NCBI GenBank assembly: GCA_016705125.1
Contig: JADIYW010000002.1
Span: 147,981-211,980, forward strand
Length of the DNA stretch: 64,000 nucleotides
Reading direction: 5' to 3'
Source: Bacteroidota bacterium
GTDB lineage: Bacteria; Bacteroidota; Bacteroidia; Chitinophagales; JADIYW01
Position numbers and translations under genes: made by a program. Shown here in pieces: positions 37,601 through 47,143 of the stretch; position 1 is the stretch's first letter; every line of letters begins with the position of its first letter. The notes beneath the pieces were generated by a model that saw nothing but the letters and a program-made list of their open reading frames with translations, ran no database searches and was not told where the DNA came from.

Positions 37601-39887
37601 AATTACTCACCCTATAAAAATTGGTGTCTGTTGTTCCAACTTGAACATAGCCCGTATCCTTATACATCAATATTTTAAATGTGGCATTTGGTTCGTCTTG
37701 CCAACTCAAATTAACAGTTCTATCACATGAAGTGGCAGTCAATCCAGTAGGTAATTTTACCACTGCAAATGACTGAATCGTCATAGTGGTGCCATCACTT
37801 ATTCTTATTTTAGCAGTTTCTGTAATTGTTGGATCAATTGGCCAGCTCAAATAACTTTGGGTTGGTGGAATATTAGTAGCCAAAACAGACCAATTCGCTC
37901 CATCGTCTTTTGAATATTCAATGGTTAAATTCCCAGTGCCTACCGCCTCGAACCTAATATACAAACTTGACCCAAGAGCATTAAAAGCTACTCTTTCATC
38001 AGGCATAGGATTCGTTATTTCAATATTGCTTGCCTCCACCCACTTTACTAATGCATACTCTTGTGGCCCAAAAGGAATTGATTTTCCTTTAATAATTATA
38101 GAATAATTTCCCGCAATTGGATTATCAATCGTTATTTGTTCAATATTATTTAGTGAATCACGACCGCGAACAGCTATATCATCATAATTTTTTCCCAAAA
38201 CCCAAGGCAAAACCGTTTGACCATTAGGATCCAAAATCTCCAAATCCAAATCATTCACCAATATTTTTGTTGCTGGAAGTGTAGTTGCTGGATCATTCCA
38301 AGCAATCATTACCTTAAGTGTCTTTGCGCCACTTGGAACACTTAAACCAACAATATTAGTTTGCCCATTATTGATTGTTCCCAATTCATAATCATTGGAA
38401 ACCAAGGCTTTTAATGCTTTATTTGCATTTACTCTTCCAAATCCATGACGATAATCTGGACCAGAAAAGCCCAAATCGAAGGCTGTATTGCACAATAATG
38501 CTTTAATTAAACTAGATTTTGGATAGGCTCCTGCGTGATCTTTTTTATACTGTTCCTGCATTAAACCAACAATCCCTGCAATCATTGGAGATGCAAAGGA
38601 AGAACCAAAATATTTGGTAAAACTATTATACCTTCTTAATCCGAATACATTATATCCAAGTGCCACTATTTCTGGCTTCAACCTGCCATCATAAGTTGGC
38701 CCCACCGAACTAGTGATATGCACATCAACAGCATCTACTAATCCGACATCAATAATATTTTTTGCCCCCTGAAAGCCAGGTACAACACTTCCGCCTGTGC
38801 CACAACCAGTAAATGAATTTCCTACCGAAAAAATATGCGTTACATACTCATTATCTTTTGCTATTTTGTCTAATTCACTTGTTTCGGTTACATATAATCC
38901 AGGTGGTTCGGAGCAATTATATGGTACGGAAAAAATACCCAAATAATAAGAGTGATTAGTTACGCTTAATTGACTATTTACTATTCCTGCCCTTAGTTCT
39001 GACAAAATATCTCCTCTAAAATCCCATGAATAAAGCATTGATTTAGGTGCCATTCCTTTACTGTATTCACTAAATATTCCGCCACCATTAATCATTCCTG
39101 CTACACCTGTAGCATGTGTATTGGTTGCCAAATCGGAATCTAACTTATCATTATTGAATATTCGTTGTTCAAAATCTAAATGCGGCCCAACAGTAGATTC
39201 ATCCCATTGTCCAATATTTATACCCTGCCCCAATAATCCAAAACCACTTGGTCCTTTATATTGAACAGCATTAACCCTATTTTGACCAATTCCACTGCCT
39301 AATAATGGCGTTGGGTAATTTAATTTGGGAGAAATATACCGAACAAAAGGCATTAAAGCCAATTCCTCTACTTGTTCTTTGCTAATAAAAACACTAAACT
39401 GTTTAAAATCAGCTTTAAATCCATCTAATTCAATTCCTTTTGAAGCTAGATATTGGGTTATTTCATTTTCGGTCAAATCTCCAATAAAACTCACCAAGAC
39501 CTTTTCCTTTTCCTGATTATTTATGGCAAATATACTCGTACTATTTTCAGGTTTTAAAAAAGTGTTTATCTTAGATTGATAAGCTAACCGACCAATTTTG
39601 AAGCTATTATTTGGTAGTAATTGTTTAAAAAAATCATCTGTACTACTTACCAAAAAAATACCATCGCCAAGGTAGGCTTCTTTATTTAATTCAAGCGGAA
39701 ATTGAATATTTAAATCTGCTGTTTTAATTGCAAAATAAGTTTTGCCTTTAAAGGAATATAAATCTGCATCACTTACTGCACTGGATCTAAACGAAGCATC
39801 GTTAAATTCCAAAAAATCTACCCTATCTTGAGCATTTATTTTAAAAAACCCAGCAAAAATTACAAGTACAAGTAAAAATGATTTCAT
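34632..39887 (-). CDS. giant S8 (subtilisin-like) serine peptidase with T9SS C-terminal sorting domain
   Basis: 1751 aa with a signal peptide, catalytic-triad contexts GQWDES (Asp), THATGVAGM (His) and GSSFASPMIAGIVGL (Ser), a long beta-rich extension and a CTD-like tail (GTYLLKIEK...GKVVVLK). Confidence 0.85.
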   Translation of the reverse strand: MKSFLLVLVIFAGFFKINAQDRVDFLEFNDASFRSSAVSDADLYSFKGKTYFAIKTADLNIQFPLELNKEAYLGDGIFLVSSTDDFFKQLLPNNSFKIGRLAYQSKINTFLKPENSTSIFAINNQEKEKVLVSFIGDLTENEITQYLASKGIELDGFKADFKQFSVFISKEQVEELALMPFVRYISPKLNYPTPLLGSGIGQNRVNAVQYKGPSGFGLLGQGINIGQWDESTVGPHLDFEQRIFNNDKLDSDLATNTHATGVAGMINGGGIFSEYSKGMAPKSMLYSWDFRGDILSELRAGIVNSQLSVTNHSYYLGIFSVPYNCSEPPGLYVTETSELDKIAKDNEYVTHIFSVGNSFTGCGTGGSVVPGFQGAKNIIDVGLVDAVDVHITSSVGPTYDGRLKPEIVALGYNVFGLRRYNSFTKYFGSSFASPMIAGIVGLMQEQYKKDHAGAYPKSSLIKALLCNTAFDLGFSGPDYRHGFGRVNANKALKALVSNDYELGTINNGQTNIVGLSVPSGAKTLKVMIAWNDPATTLPATKILVNDLDLEILDPNGQTVLPWVLGKNYDDIAVRGRDSLNNIEQITIDNPIAGNYSIIIKGKSIPFGPQEYALVKWVEASNIEITNPMPDERVAFNALGSSLYIRFEAVGTGNLTIEYSKDDGANWSVLATNIPPTQSYLSWPIDPTITETAKIRISDGTTMTIQSFAVVKLPTGLTATSCDRTVNLSWQDEPNATFKILMYKDTGYVQVGTTDTNFYRVSNLQNGITSLFSIISVTNGKESPRADAIFGTPNPGICPVPNDVGVVGLIAPFGGRLNTSTALTATTNFTARIKNFGNTKVANIGVNLNINGANFNASILDSIAPDSTKDVQFVGTSNLSAIGNYPYTLTTNLTSDGNKNNDTLKGVLYQLAHNPAVLPYFEGFEDMPKCGITDNAFRVLDNDEWDYTTDKFGGRFRVGESDFFASSGKKGATFDNSLAVVPTENNLILNLNLSNYADSLIYLDFSALSHNELTALDFIYVRGKETDNWIKVFDIFANKGPKALFKSFQGLNISKMLITDSASNFSASSQIRFSFNTSKKALFTNQTGGYSIDDIKLYNAGRDIGIEGISYNRFICGGGTNYIISLKGKNNDIYSNGNFALKYSINDGPIVSQVFTQTLLPQDTFAFTFSQNADLSLPGIYKIKVWTSNPGDLAAFNDTILYEVNVLNSVSNFPYYENFESNNGNLISDAGGETKWEWGIPNKNKIYLSGQGNKAWVTNLREKYKNNEETTLYLGCYNFSALTQPIINFNTYQNIETGEIGQGLYDYVVAESSLDGNTWGRLGAIGSGYNWYENIQDSAVWDLDSLPWQVVSQKINLNGITDKSKYMIRLRFKSDIAETREGMAIDDLFITEFLDSIVEKDSTFVSVVSNSEGWVDYRKNGQLIGSFYNDGQQLGTLEMGLLTNETNEISIFKNRRLLPRRFFVWPENELTGNYKVRLFFKNDEYFALNNSDKGINRPGDLVVLKYNGLNTDLDLTNNAFSDYLLLNENEVEIIPYLDGYFVEFETSDFGEYYIVGNKIDIALLDSTQIIAFDAVKNTSNQSVLSWTSAKENQVVKYITTYSLDDINYIPFDSVLATNINGVNTNYSAIDSVSDRLDKLMYYKLWYRTTNDSLVYVGLQTVDYTLSAVNNIQNGGLELRGWQLISKLNNPFEANIYFYGIDGKLINTFTQAIDNGINDFSFLNNGKLAVGTYLLKIEKSKTESVVGKVVVLK

Positions 39888-39942
39888 AATTTTAATTTAT
39901 AGTACTAATTTAATACTTTTAAAATTAAAAATCAAAGAAAAA

Positions 39943-42326
39943 CTAAAATTCCACTATTGTTGCACCATCACCTCCAAATCTACTGTCTTCAGCATAAAAC
40001 TTGCTTACTCCATTATAGCCCTTCAAATAACTATAAACCATTTGCTTTAACACTCCTGTTCCCTTTCCATGAATGATTTTTACTCTACCAAATCCATACA
40101 TCAATGCATCGTCCAGAAAAGACTCTAAAGCCTGCATTGCAGTGTCTTTAAACAATCCTCTTATATCTAATTCGTGGTTAAATGCTGCCTTCTCTTCAAT
40201 GGTTTTTGAGGTATTATAAACCTTTTGTGGTGCTACCGTATTTTTTACAACTTTAGTCAATTTTTCTAATTTCACTTGTGTATTTAGGTTTCCAAAAGCC
40301 ACAATTGCTATATTTTTCCTTATTTCATTTACTCTTCCTACCTCAAGGCCAGCATCTAAATTTACAAAATCACCTACTTGTATCGGATCATCAGTAAATT
40401 GCAATGCCTCAACAGCTGCTGTATCAGCCAAACCATCTTCCAGTTGATTTCTATTTAAATCAACGAATTTTCTGATTTCATCAAATTTTTGTTTTTTATG
40501 CTCACTTTCCCTGAACTCACGCATCATTTTTTCCAATTTTCTATTGGCTTCATTGTAATCTTCCAATTTCTTTTCCGCATAAGCTTTTATAATCTTCTTT
40601 TTTTCCTTTTCTAAATCCTTTTTTAATACATCGTATTGCTTTTTTATTTCGTCCAACTGAGTCTCCTTGGATTGTGCATTTTTTCTTATTCCTTTTAAAT
40701 ATTGCTTTTCATTCTGAATTTCAGTTAGTGTAATCTCCAAATCCTTCTTTTGTTCTGAAATTTTTGACTTTGCAAGCGTCAAAACTGCGCTAGGCAAGCC
40801 ACTATTCCGAGCTACTTCGAATGTAAATGAACTACCTGGCGAACCAATATTAAGTTGAAAAAGCGGTTTTAAACTTTTTAAATCGAATGCCATAGCGCCA
40901 TTAAAAAATCCTTCGGTAACGGAGGCAAACACTTTCAAATTGGAATAATGTGTGGTTACAATTCCTGTAATTTCTTTTTTGTTTAGTTCCTCCAAAACAG
41001 CCTCTGCCAATGCTCCTCCAAGCGATGGATCGGTACCGGCGCCCATTTCGTCAATGCCAAAAGGGTATCCTTGTCTCCATTTTGAAGAAAATAATGCATG
41101 TTTTTCAAGTGAGAACTATAGGTACTTAAATCATTTTCTACTGATTGTTGATCACCAATATCGATAAAAAATTTCGAAAAAAGTCGCATCTCCGAAGCCT
41201 CATCCGCTGGAATAGGCATACCAATTTGAAGCATCAACTGAGCCAAAAATAATGATTTTAAAGCAATGGATTTACCACCAGCATTGGGGCCACTTATTAT
41301 CAAAACCCTATACTTCGCATCAAAATTTAAACTCGATGGCACTGTCGGTTTTTTGCTTTTTGTATGGTGAATATATAAAACAGGATGCACTAGATTGCGC
41401 AATTGAATTTTGCCACTTTGCGTCAATTTTGGAATTTTACAATCCAATTGATTGGACAAACTCGCTTTGGCTCGGCTAAAATCGAAATAGCCCATAAATT
41501 GTCCATATTCCTCAATATCATCAACATACAAACCAACAAAACGACCTAATTCTTTTAAAATCCGTTCAATTTCTCTTCGCTCCGCTACTTGCAATTCCGC
41601 TATTTCATTATTAATAAAAATAGTTTCTTGCGGTTCAATAAATGTGATACTTCCATTAGAAGACTCATCTTGAAAAATGCCCGCCACTTGTCGTTTAAAT
41701 GTTGCCTTAATTGACAAAACCCTTCTTCCATTTCTTATCGTTTCTTCACTTTCAGCAAGCATGTCCTTTTGCTTTAGTGTGCGTACCATTTTTCGAAAAA
41801 TAGACAAACTTTCCTGCTCCTTTGCCCGTATTTCATTTCTAATTTTACGCAACTCAGGACTGCAAGATTCATTTATATTTTGCGTTTCAATGTCAATTAC
41901 CCTTTCAATTTCCTTTTTTATTTCTTGTTGATAGCCAACTGTCTTTATTTTTTTTACAAAAATGTCGAATGTGCCTTTTTGTTCGGCATTGGAAGCAATC
42001 TTTTTTAAAATCTCGATAGCTTCTGCCAAAAAATAAATTTCGATAAATGCATTTATGGATAAAAAAGCTTGCTCTACTTTCAATAATTGAATTTCTGATG
42101 CTAGTTGCTTAAATCCTCTATGCGGAAACTGAACGGATAAATTAATCATTTGCCCAAGTTCGGCAACCCATTTCAATTCCTGTTCTAAATCGCCTAATTT
42201 TTCATAAAAAAAAGGATTTTCGGCACTTGCCTGTCCAATTTCACCCTGACATCTATTTTTCAGCAGTGAAAGAATAAAATCAAAATCTGTTTTTTGAAAA
42301 AAATTGTTTGGAAAAAAAATGGGCAT
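39943..42326 (-). pseudogene. mutS2: endonuclease MutS2, split by a single-base frameshift as assembled
   Basis: Two ORFs (40983-42326 and 39943-41046) together make MutS2, with Walker A GPNAGGKS, DEMGAGTDP in the second frame, and a C-terminal Smr domain (ELDIRG...IIHGKGTGVLK). The frame changes at the A4 run at 41059-41062 (T4 on the coding strand). Confidence 0.85.
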
Positions 42327-42338
42327 CTTTGAAAAGTG

Positions 42339-42373
42339 ATTTGAGATTTGAGAATTCAGATTTGAGAATTGAA
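42339..42373. repeat. tandem heptamer array, 5 units, same family as 4682-4751
   Basis: Read directly: ATTTGAG ATTTGAG AATTCAG ATTTGAG AATTGAA. It starts 13 nt upstream of the mutS2 start codon (42326, minus strand). Confidence 0.8.
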
Positions 42374-42451
42374 AATAGTTATTTTGTAAGCCCTCGATTC
42401 TATTATAATTAAAAATTAAACTTTTTTATAATTCATTGCTAAATTGTATTA

Positions 42452-42853
42452 TTATCTTACAATCCAATTTTCAATATCAATTCCTAATAAATTTTGAAAA
42501 TCTTTCTTATTTTCAGTTACTAATATTAGTTTATTTTCAATTGCGGTAACACCAATCAACAAATCAAATTCGTCATTTTGAGGTTTGCCGATTTTGTTTA
42601 AACGAACTTTTTCTTCCGCATATTTCTTTATTGAACCATAAATCGGGACAATTACAATTCCCTTCAAAAAAACATCAACGGCTTTATGAGATTTATCTTT
42701 ATCTTTACTATTTTCCGCACCAAATCTCAACTCCAAAACAGTTACCTCCGAAATGTAGCAATTTTCTAAGCCTTTTTCTTTTAGAATTTTATCCATTTCA
42801 AATTTCCCTCTAAGAAAATGAACACATATATTTGTATCTAACAAATATTTCAT
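42452..42853 (-). CDS. vapC: PIN-domain ribonuclease toxin VapC
   Basis: 133 aa. The N-terminal MKYLLDTNICVHFLRG carries the first acidic residue and the later acidic positions are typical of PIN. Its start overlaps the upstream stop by 1 nt (TAATG). Confidence 0.85.
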   Translation of the reverse strand: MKYLLDTNICVHFLRGKFEMDKILKEKGLENCYISEVTVLELRFGAENSKDKDKSHKAVDVFLKGIVIVPIYGSIKKYAEEKVRLNKIGKPQNDEFDLLIGVTAIENKLILVTENKKDFQNLLGIDIENWIVR

Positions 42854-43092
42854 TAAAATAAAAGTTCCTTACTTCTGAATTTTCTACTTGCTTTAATTTC
42901 AGCTATTATTTCGTCAGATGTTTTTTCTTTTGAGAACGATCCAAAGGATTTGTAGAAATTAAATTCTTTACTCTTTTTTTCTGCTTTTATGGATTTTGTT
43001 AATTTTTCAATTAATAAAAGTTTACTCGAGGAATTTAAACTTTCAAATAATCCAAAATTATTATCTATTATATTTTTATCAGCAAAAGTCAT
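42853..43092 (-). CDS. putative antitoxin partner of VapC
   Basis: 79-aa ORF translationally coupled to vapC. Assigned by position only; no fold recognised. Confidence 0.55.
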   Translation of the reverse strand: MTFADKNIIDNNFGLFESLNSSSKLLLIEKLTKSIKAEKKSKEFNFYKSFGSFSKEKTSDEIIAEIKASRKFRSKELLF

Positions 43093-43191
43093 TTAAAATA
43101 ATTTAAATCAAATATATGAAAAATTTCTAGCCTTGCAATTTTTTTTGTTTTGAAATTCTGCCAACTTCATTCAGTACCTAAACTACTCACT

Positions 43192-44199
43192 TCAAATTGC
43201 CAAAAATACATCCGAGTTATAAAACTTAGATAAGCGCGTTCTGATTCTTTCCTCCAAAAAGCCTTCTTTTTTCAATTTTTCAATTAAAGGTAAAGCAATT
43301 ATTGATGCTTCCACTTTTATTTTTTCTCTGTCAATATTTAATCCCTGCAAAAATTCTGGAATTTTCTTGTCTCCATTTTGTTCAAAAAAGTGATCCACTG
43401 CAATTTCTGCTATTTCACGTACTTTCCCATCTTTTTTAAGTTCTTCCCAAATATCCTCGATAATTGGTAAAAAGGCAGTAGCTTGCTTTGGAGAAATGAA
43501 TTTTGCCATTTGACTTACTTCAATATCCTCTAACTTATCCCATGCAGCGCTTGCCATTTTTTCAATATTCTCATCCGACAGTTGTTCTTGCATAAAGCTC
43601 TCGCTTTGACTTAATGTTTTTTGAAGATTTGATTTCAAAAACTTCTTTACGTTTTTATCTATTCCATCTTCAATCCCCGACAAAGCACCGCCCAAAAGTC
43701 CGGAACCAATCTTAAATAAAGAAGACCCTGTTATCTTGGATGCTGGTCCATCTTCTGAATTCATAAAATTCTTGATTCCATTATATAATGTATTTGAAAT
43801 CATTTCGGCATAAAATGGATTGTTTACTGCCCGCTTTATCAAATCAGCACGCAAATCCTTTAAAGCGACCACTTTTTTTACAATTTTATCAAAATTTTTC
43901 TTCGATAAATAATCCTTTACGGCATATTCGCTTTCCAAAGCTTCTTTATGAAACCTTCCATATAAATCAATAAAATACTCCTTTTCTTCTTTGGTCAATT
44001 TAATTTCTTTTAAATTCCTATCCAAAGCATCCATTATAGTTTGCTTTTGAACAATATCTTTTACCTTTTTCTTGGTTAAATGCGCCCAAAGTGCATCAAT
44101 TTCGCCATTCATTCCCGAAATTAGATTTGCTCCCTCCCATTGTTGCAACTCAAAAGCCACATGCGCATCGAGTATTTTTTTTCCTATTTCTGCAGTCAT
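43192..44199 (-). CDS. conserved-looking hypothetical protein (helical)
   Basis: 335-aa uninterrupted ORF with ordinary composition. No motif recognised. Confidence 0.6.
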   Translation of the reverse strand: MTAEIGKKILDAHVAFELQQWEGANLISGMNGEIDALWAHLTKKKVKDIVQKQTIMDALDRNLKEIKLTKEEKEYFIDLYGRFHKEALESEYAVKDYLSKKNFDKIVKKVVALKDLRADLIKRAVNNPFYAEMISNTLYNGIKNFMNSEDGPASKITGSSLFKIGSGLLGGALSGIEDGIDKNVKKFLKSNLQKTLSQSESFMQEQLSDENIEKMASAAWDKLEDIEVSQMAKFISPKQATAFLPIIEDIWEELKKDGKVREIAEIAVDHFFEQNGDKKIPEFLQGLNIDREKIKVEASIIALPLIEKLKKEGFLEERIRTRLSKFYNSDVFLAI

Positions 44200-44305
44200 T
44201 TTATATTTTTTAGATTTTTTAGAATATTGACAATAATTTTTTACACAAACCTAATAGATTCAATTTAGAATATCTAAATTTGCACTTTATTTTTTAGCAA
44301 TAATT

Positions 44306-46235
44306 ATGAGTATAGTTAATATTACTTTTCCTGATGGAGCCATCAAATCTTTTCAAAGCGGTATTTCTGCTATGGAAATTGCAAAACAATTGAGCAATAG
44401 TTTGGCAAAAAAAATTATTTCATGTAAAGTAAATGGCGAAGTTTGGGATACCACCCGACCAATAATAACCGACTCGAGTATACAATTGCTAACTTGGAAT
44501 GAAGCAGATGCTCAAAAAACATTTTGGCACAGTTCTGCCCATTTATTAGCTGAAGCACTTGAAATATTGTATCCTGGGGTAAAATTTGGAATTGGGCCTG
44601 CTATTGAAAAGGGGTTTTACTATGATGTGGATTTAGGCGACAATGTTATCTCGAGCAATGATTTTGCCAATATTGAAAAGAAAATGAAAGAATTGGCAGC
44701 TCGAAATGTAACATTCGACCGCAAAGAAGTAAGTAAAGCAGATGCCATTGCCTATTTTACAGAAAAAAAAGATGAGTATAAACTTGAATTGCTTGAAGGT
44801 TTGAAGGACGGCGAAATTACTTTTTACACACAGGGAAATTTTACAGATTTATGTCGTGGACCACACATTCCTGATACAGGCGCAATAAAATCGATTAAAT
44901 TATTAAAAATAGCAGGTGCTTATTGGAAAGGCGATGAAAAAAGGAAACAATTAACCCGTATTTATGGCATTACATTTCCCAACCAACAAGAATTAGATGA
45001 TTATTTAGTTTTTTTAGAAGAAGCTCAAAACGAGATCACCGCAAGCTAGGAAAAGAACTAGGCTTGTTTACTTTTTCTGAAAAGTAGGTATGGGTTTACC
45101 CTTATGGCTTCCAAATGGTACTTTTATAAGAGAAACCATGATGGATTTTCTTAAAAAGGAACAAATTAAGCGAGGCTATAAGCCAGTAATTACACCACAT
45201 ATCGGTAAAAAAGATTTATATGTAACCTCAGGCCACTATGCAAAGTATGGCAAAGACAGTTTTCAACCTATTTTAACGCCTGAAGAAGGAGAAGAATATT
45301 TTTTAAAACCTATGAACTGTCCGCACCATTGCGAAATATACAAAACTGTTCCGAAATCCTATAAAGAACTACCTTATAGAGTAGCCGAATTCGGTACAGT
45401 ATATAGGTATGAACAAAGTGGCGAATTGCATGGTTTAACAAGAGTAAGAGGATTTACACAGGATGATGCACATTTATTTTGTACTCCCGACCAACTGAAA
45501 GATGAATTTAAATCCGTAATTGAGTTAATTCAATTTGTGCTTGGTAAAATGGGATTTAATAATTTTACTGCTCAAATTTCTTTGCGTGACCCTGATAATA
45601 AAGATAAATATATCGGTTCGGACGAAAATTGGGCTAAAGCCGAAAATGCAATTATTGAGGCTGCTACAGAAATGGGCTTATCTACCGTGACTGAATTGGG
45701 CGAAGCAGCGTTTTATGGTCCCAAACTCGATTTCATGGTCAAAGATGCAATTGGCAGGTCGTGGCAATTGGGTACCGTTCAAGTAGATTACAACTTACCC
45801 GAACGATTTGAGCTGGAATATATAGGTGCGGATAATGAAAAACATAGACCAGTAATGATTCATAGAGCGCCATTTGGTTCGATGGAGCGATTCATTGCTA
45901 TATTAATTGAAAACTGTGCCGGTAATTTTCCTTTATGGCTTGCGCCCAAACAATTAGCCATTTTGCCAATAAGCGAAAAATTTATTCCTTATTGTGAATC
46001 AATAGCTAGTGAATTTGAAAAAGCAGGTATTAGAGCTACTATAGACATAAGAAATGAAAAAATAGGCAAAAAAATCAGGGACGAGGAAGTGGCTAAAACC
46101 CCTTATATGATTGTAATTGGCGAGAAAGAAGAACAAAATAAACAGGTTGCAGTAAGAAGACATGGAAAAGGAGATTTGGGAGTGATGGAAACTTCAGATT
46201 TTTTACATATTTTTGAGGCAGAATTAAATAATTAA
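44306..46235 (+). pseudogene. thrS: threonine--tRNA ligase, interrupted by two single-base frameshifts as assembled (probably intact in vivo)
   Basis: The TGS N-terminus (MSIVNITFPDGAIKSF) and class II catalytic/anticodon domains lie in two ORFs. The linking [18 protein letters not shown] motif is readable only in the third frame, between A4 runs at 45027-45030 and 45080-45083. Confidence 0.9.
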
Positions 46236-46247
46236 AAAACAAAAGAT

Positions 46248-46804
46248 TTGGCATTACAAAGAAAACCGTTTATCCCTCGCGGTCCAAGAAGGGAAGCAGA
46301 ACACCGAATTAATAACTTTATTATGGCACCCGAGGTGAGGGTGGTTGGTGACGATATGGAATCGACCGTAATGAGACTAGCTGACGCATTACAACTTGCC
46401 AAAGAAAGAGAAGTGGATTTGGTTGAAATTAATTCTAGCTCCAACCCACCAATTTGTAGATTAACTGAATACAATAAGTTTCTTTACGAAAAGAAAAAGA
46501 AAGAAAAAGAAATTAAAGCTAAAGCTGCAAAAACAGTTTTAAAAGAAATTCGGTTTACACCTAATACGGACGACCACGACTTGGATTTCAAGAAAAAACA
46601 TGCAATAAAATTCCTTGAAGAAGGGGCAAAAGTGAAAATATACGTCCAATTTAAAGGAAGAGCTATTGTATTTAAAGAAAGAGGAGAATTGCTTTTGTTA
46701 CAATTTTCAAAAAGTTTAGAGGATTGGGGTCAACTTGAATCCTTGCCAAACTTGGAAGGAAAAAGGATGATTGCGTTCCTTGTGCCTAAGAAAAGAAAGC
46801 TTAG
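46248..46804 (+). pseudogene. infC: translation initiation factor IF-3; the stop is lost by a frameshift as assembled, so the ORF runs into rpmI
   Basis: It has a TTG start and IF-3 N- and C-domains ([14 protein letters not shown]..., [17 protein letters not shown]...). Adding one A to the A4 run at 46091-shifted position 46791-46794 gives ...VPKKKKA then TAG at 46802-46804. As assembled, the frame continues to 47114. Confidence 0.8.
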
Positions 46805-46855
46805 ACCTTTAAAAATCCCAATGTGGATAAATACCTGTTTCTTAACAGAAATTTT

Positions 46856-46888
46856 TTTGTTGCAAAAAGGATATTATTCCTATCTTTG
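46856..46888 (+). promoter_or_regulatory. Bacteroidetes-type promoter (TTTG -33 / TATCTTTG -7) for rpmI-rplT
   Basis: TTTG at 46856-46859 and TATCTTTG at 46881-46888 match the published Bacteroidetes sigma-A consensus TTTG-N19-21-TAnnTTTG. The -7 box ends 29 nt upstream of the rpmI ATG. Confidence 0.45.
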
Positions 46889-46916
46889 CACGCTCATTGT
46901 AAAAAGTGATACGATT

Positions 46917-47114
46917 ATGCCAAAAATGAAAACAAATTCCAGTGCTAAGAAAAGATTCACAGTAACTGGTTCAGGAAAGATAAAAAGAGCTAAAGCTTAT
47001 AAAAGACATATCTTGACAAAGAAAACGACAGAACAAAAAAGAAGGCTTACAAAAGCTGGATTTGTTGACAAGACGGATCTTTTCAATGTAAAGAAAATGC
47101 TTGTTTTAAATTAA
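46917..47114 (+). CDS. rpmI: 50S ribosomal protein L35
   Basis: 65 aa: [36 protein letters not shown], a classic L35. Confidence 0.9.
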   Translation: MPKMKTNSSAKKRFTVTGSGKIKRAKAYKRHILTKKTTEQKRRLTKAGFVDKTDLFNVKKMLVLN

Positions 47115-47143
47115 ATTAATAAAAAGTACTAAGATTATAAATT

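Noticed and set aside
46248-47114. Natural IF3-L35 fusion protein
   Set aside because: The linker is non-protein-like and contains a consensus promoter for rpmI. A single A added to an A4 run restores a typical IF-3 C-terminus and stop. The same lesion type affects four neighbouring genes.
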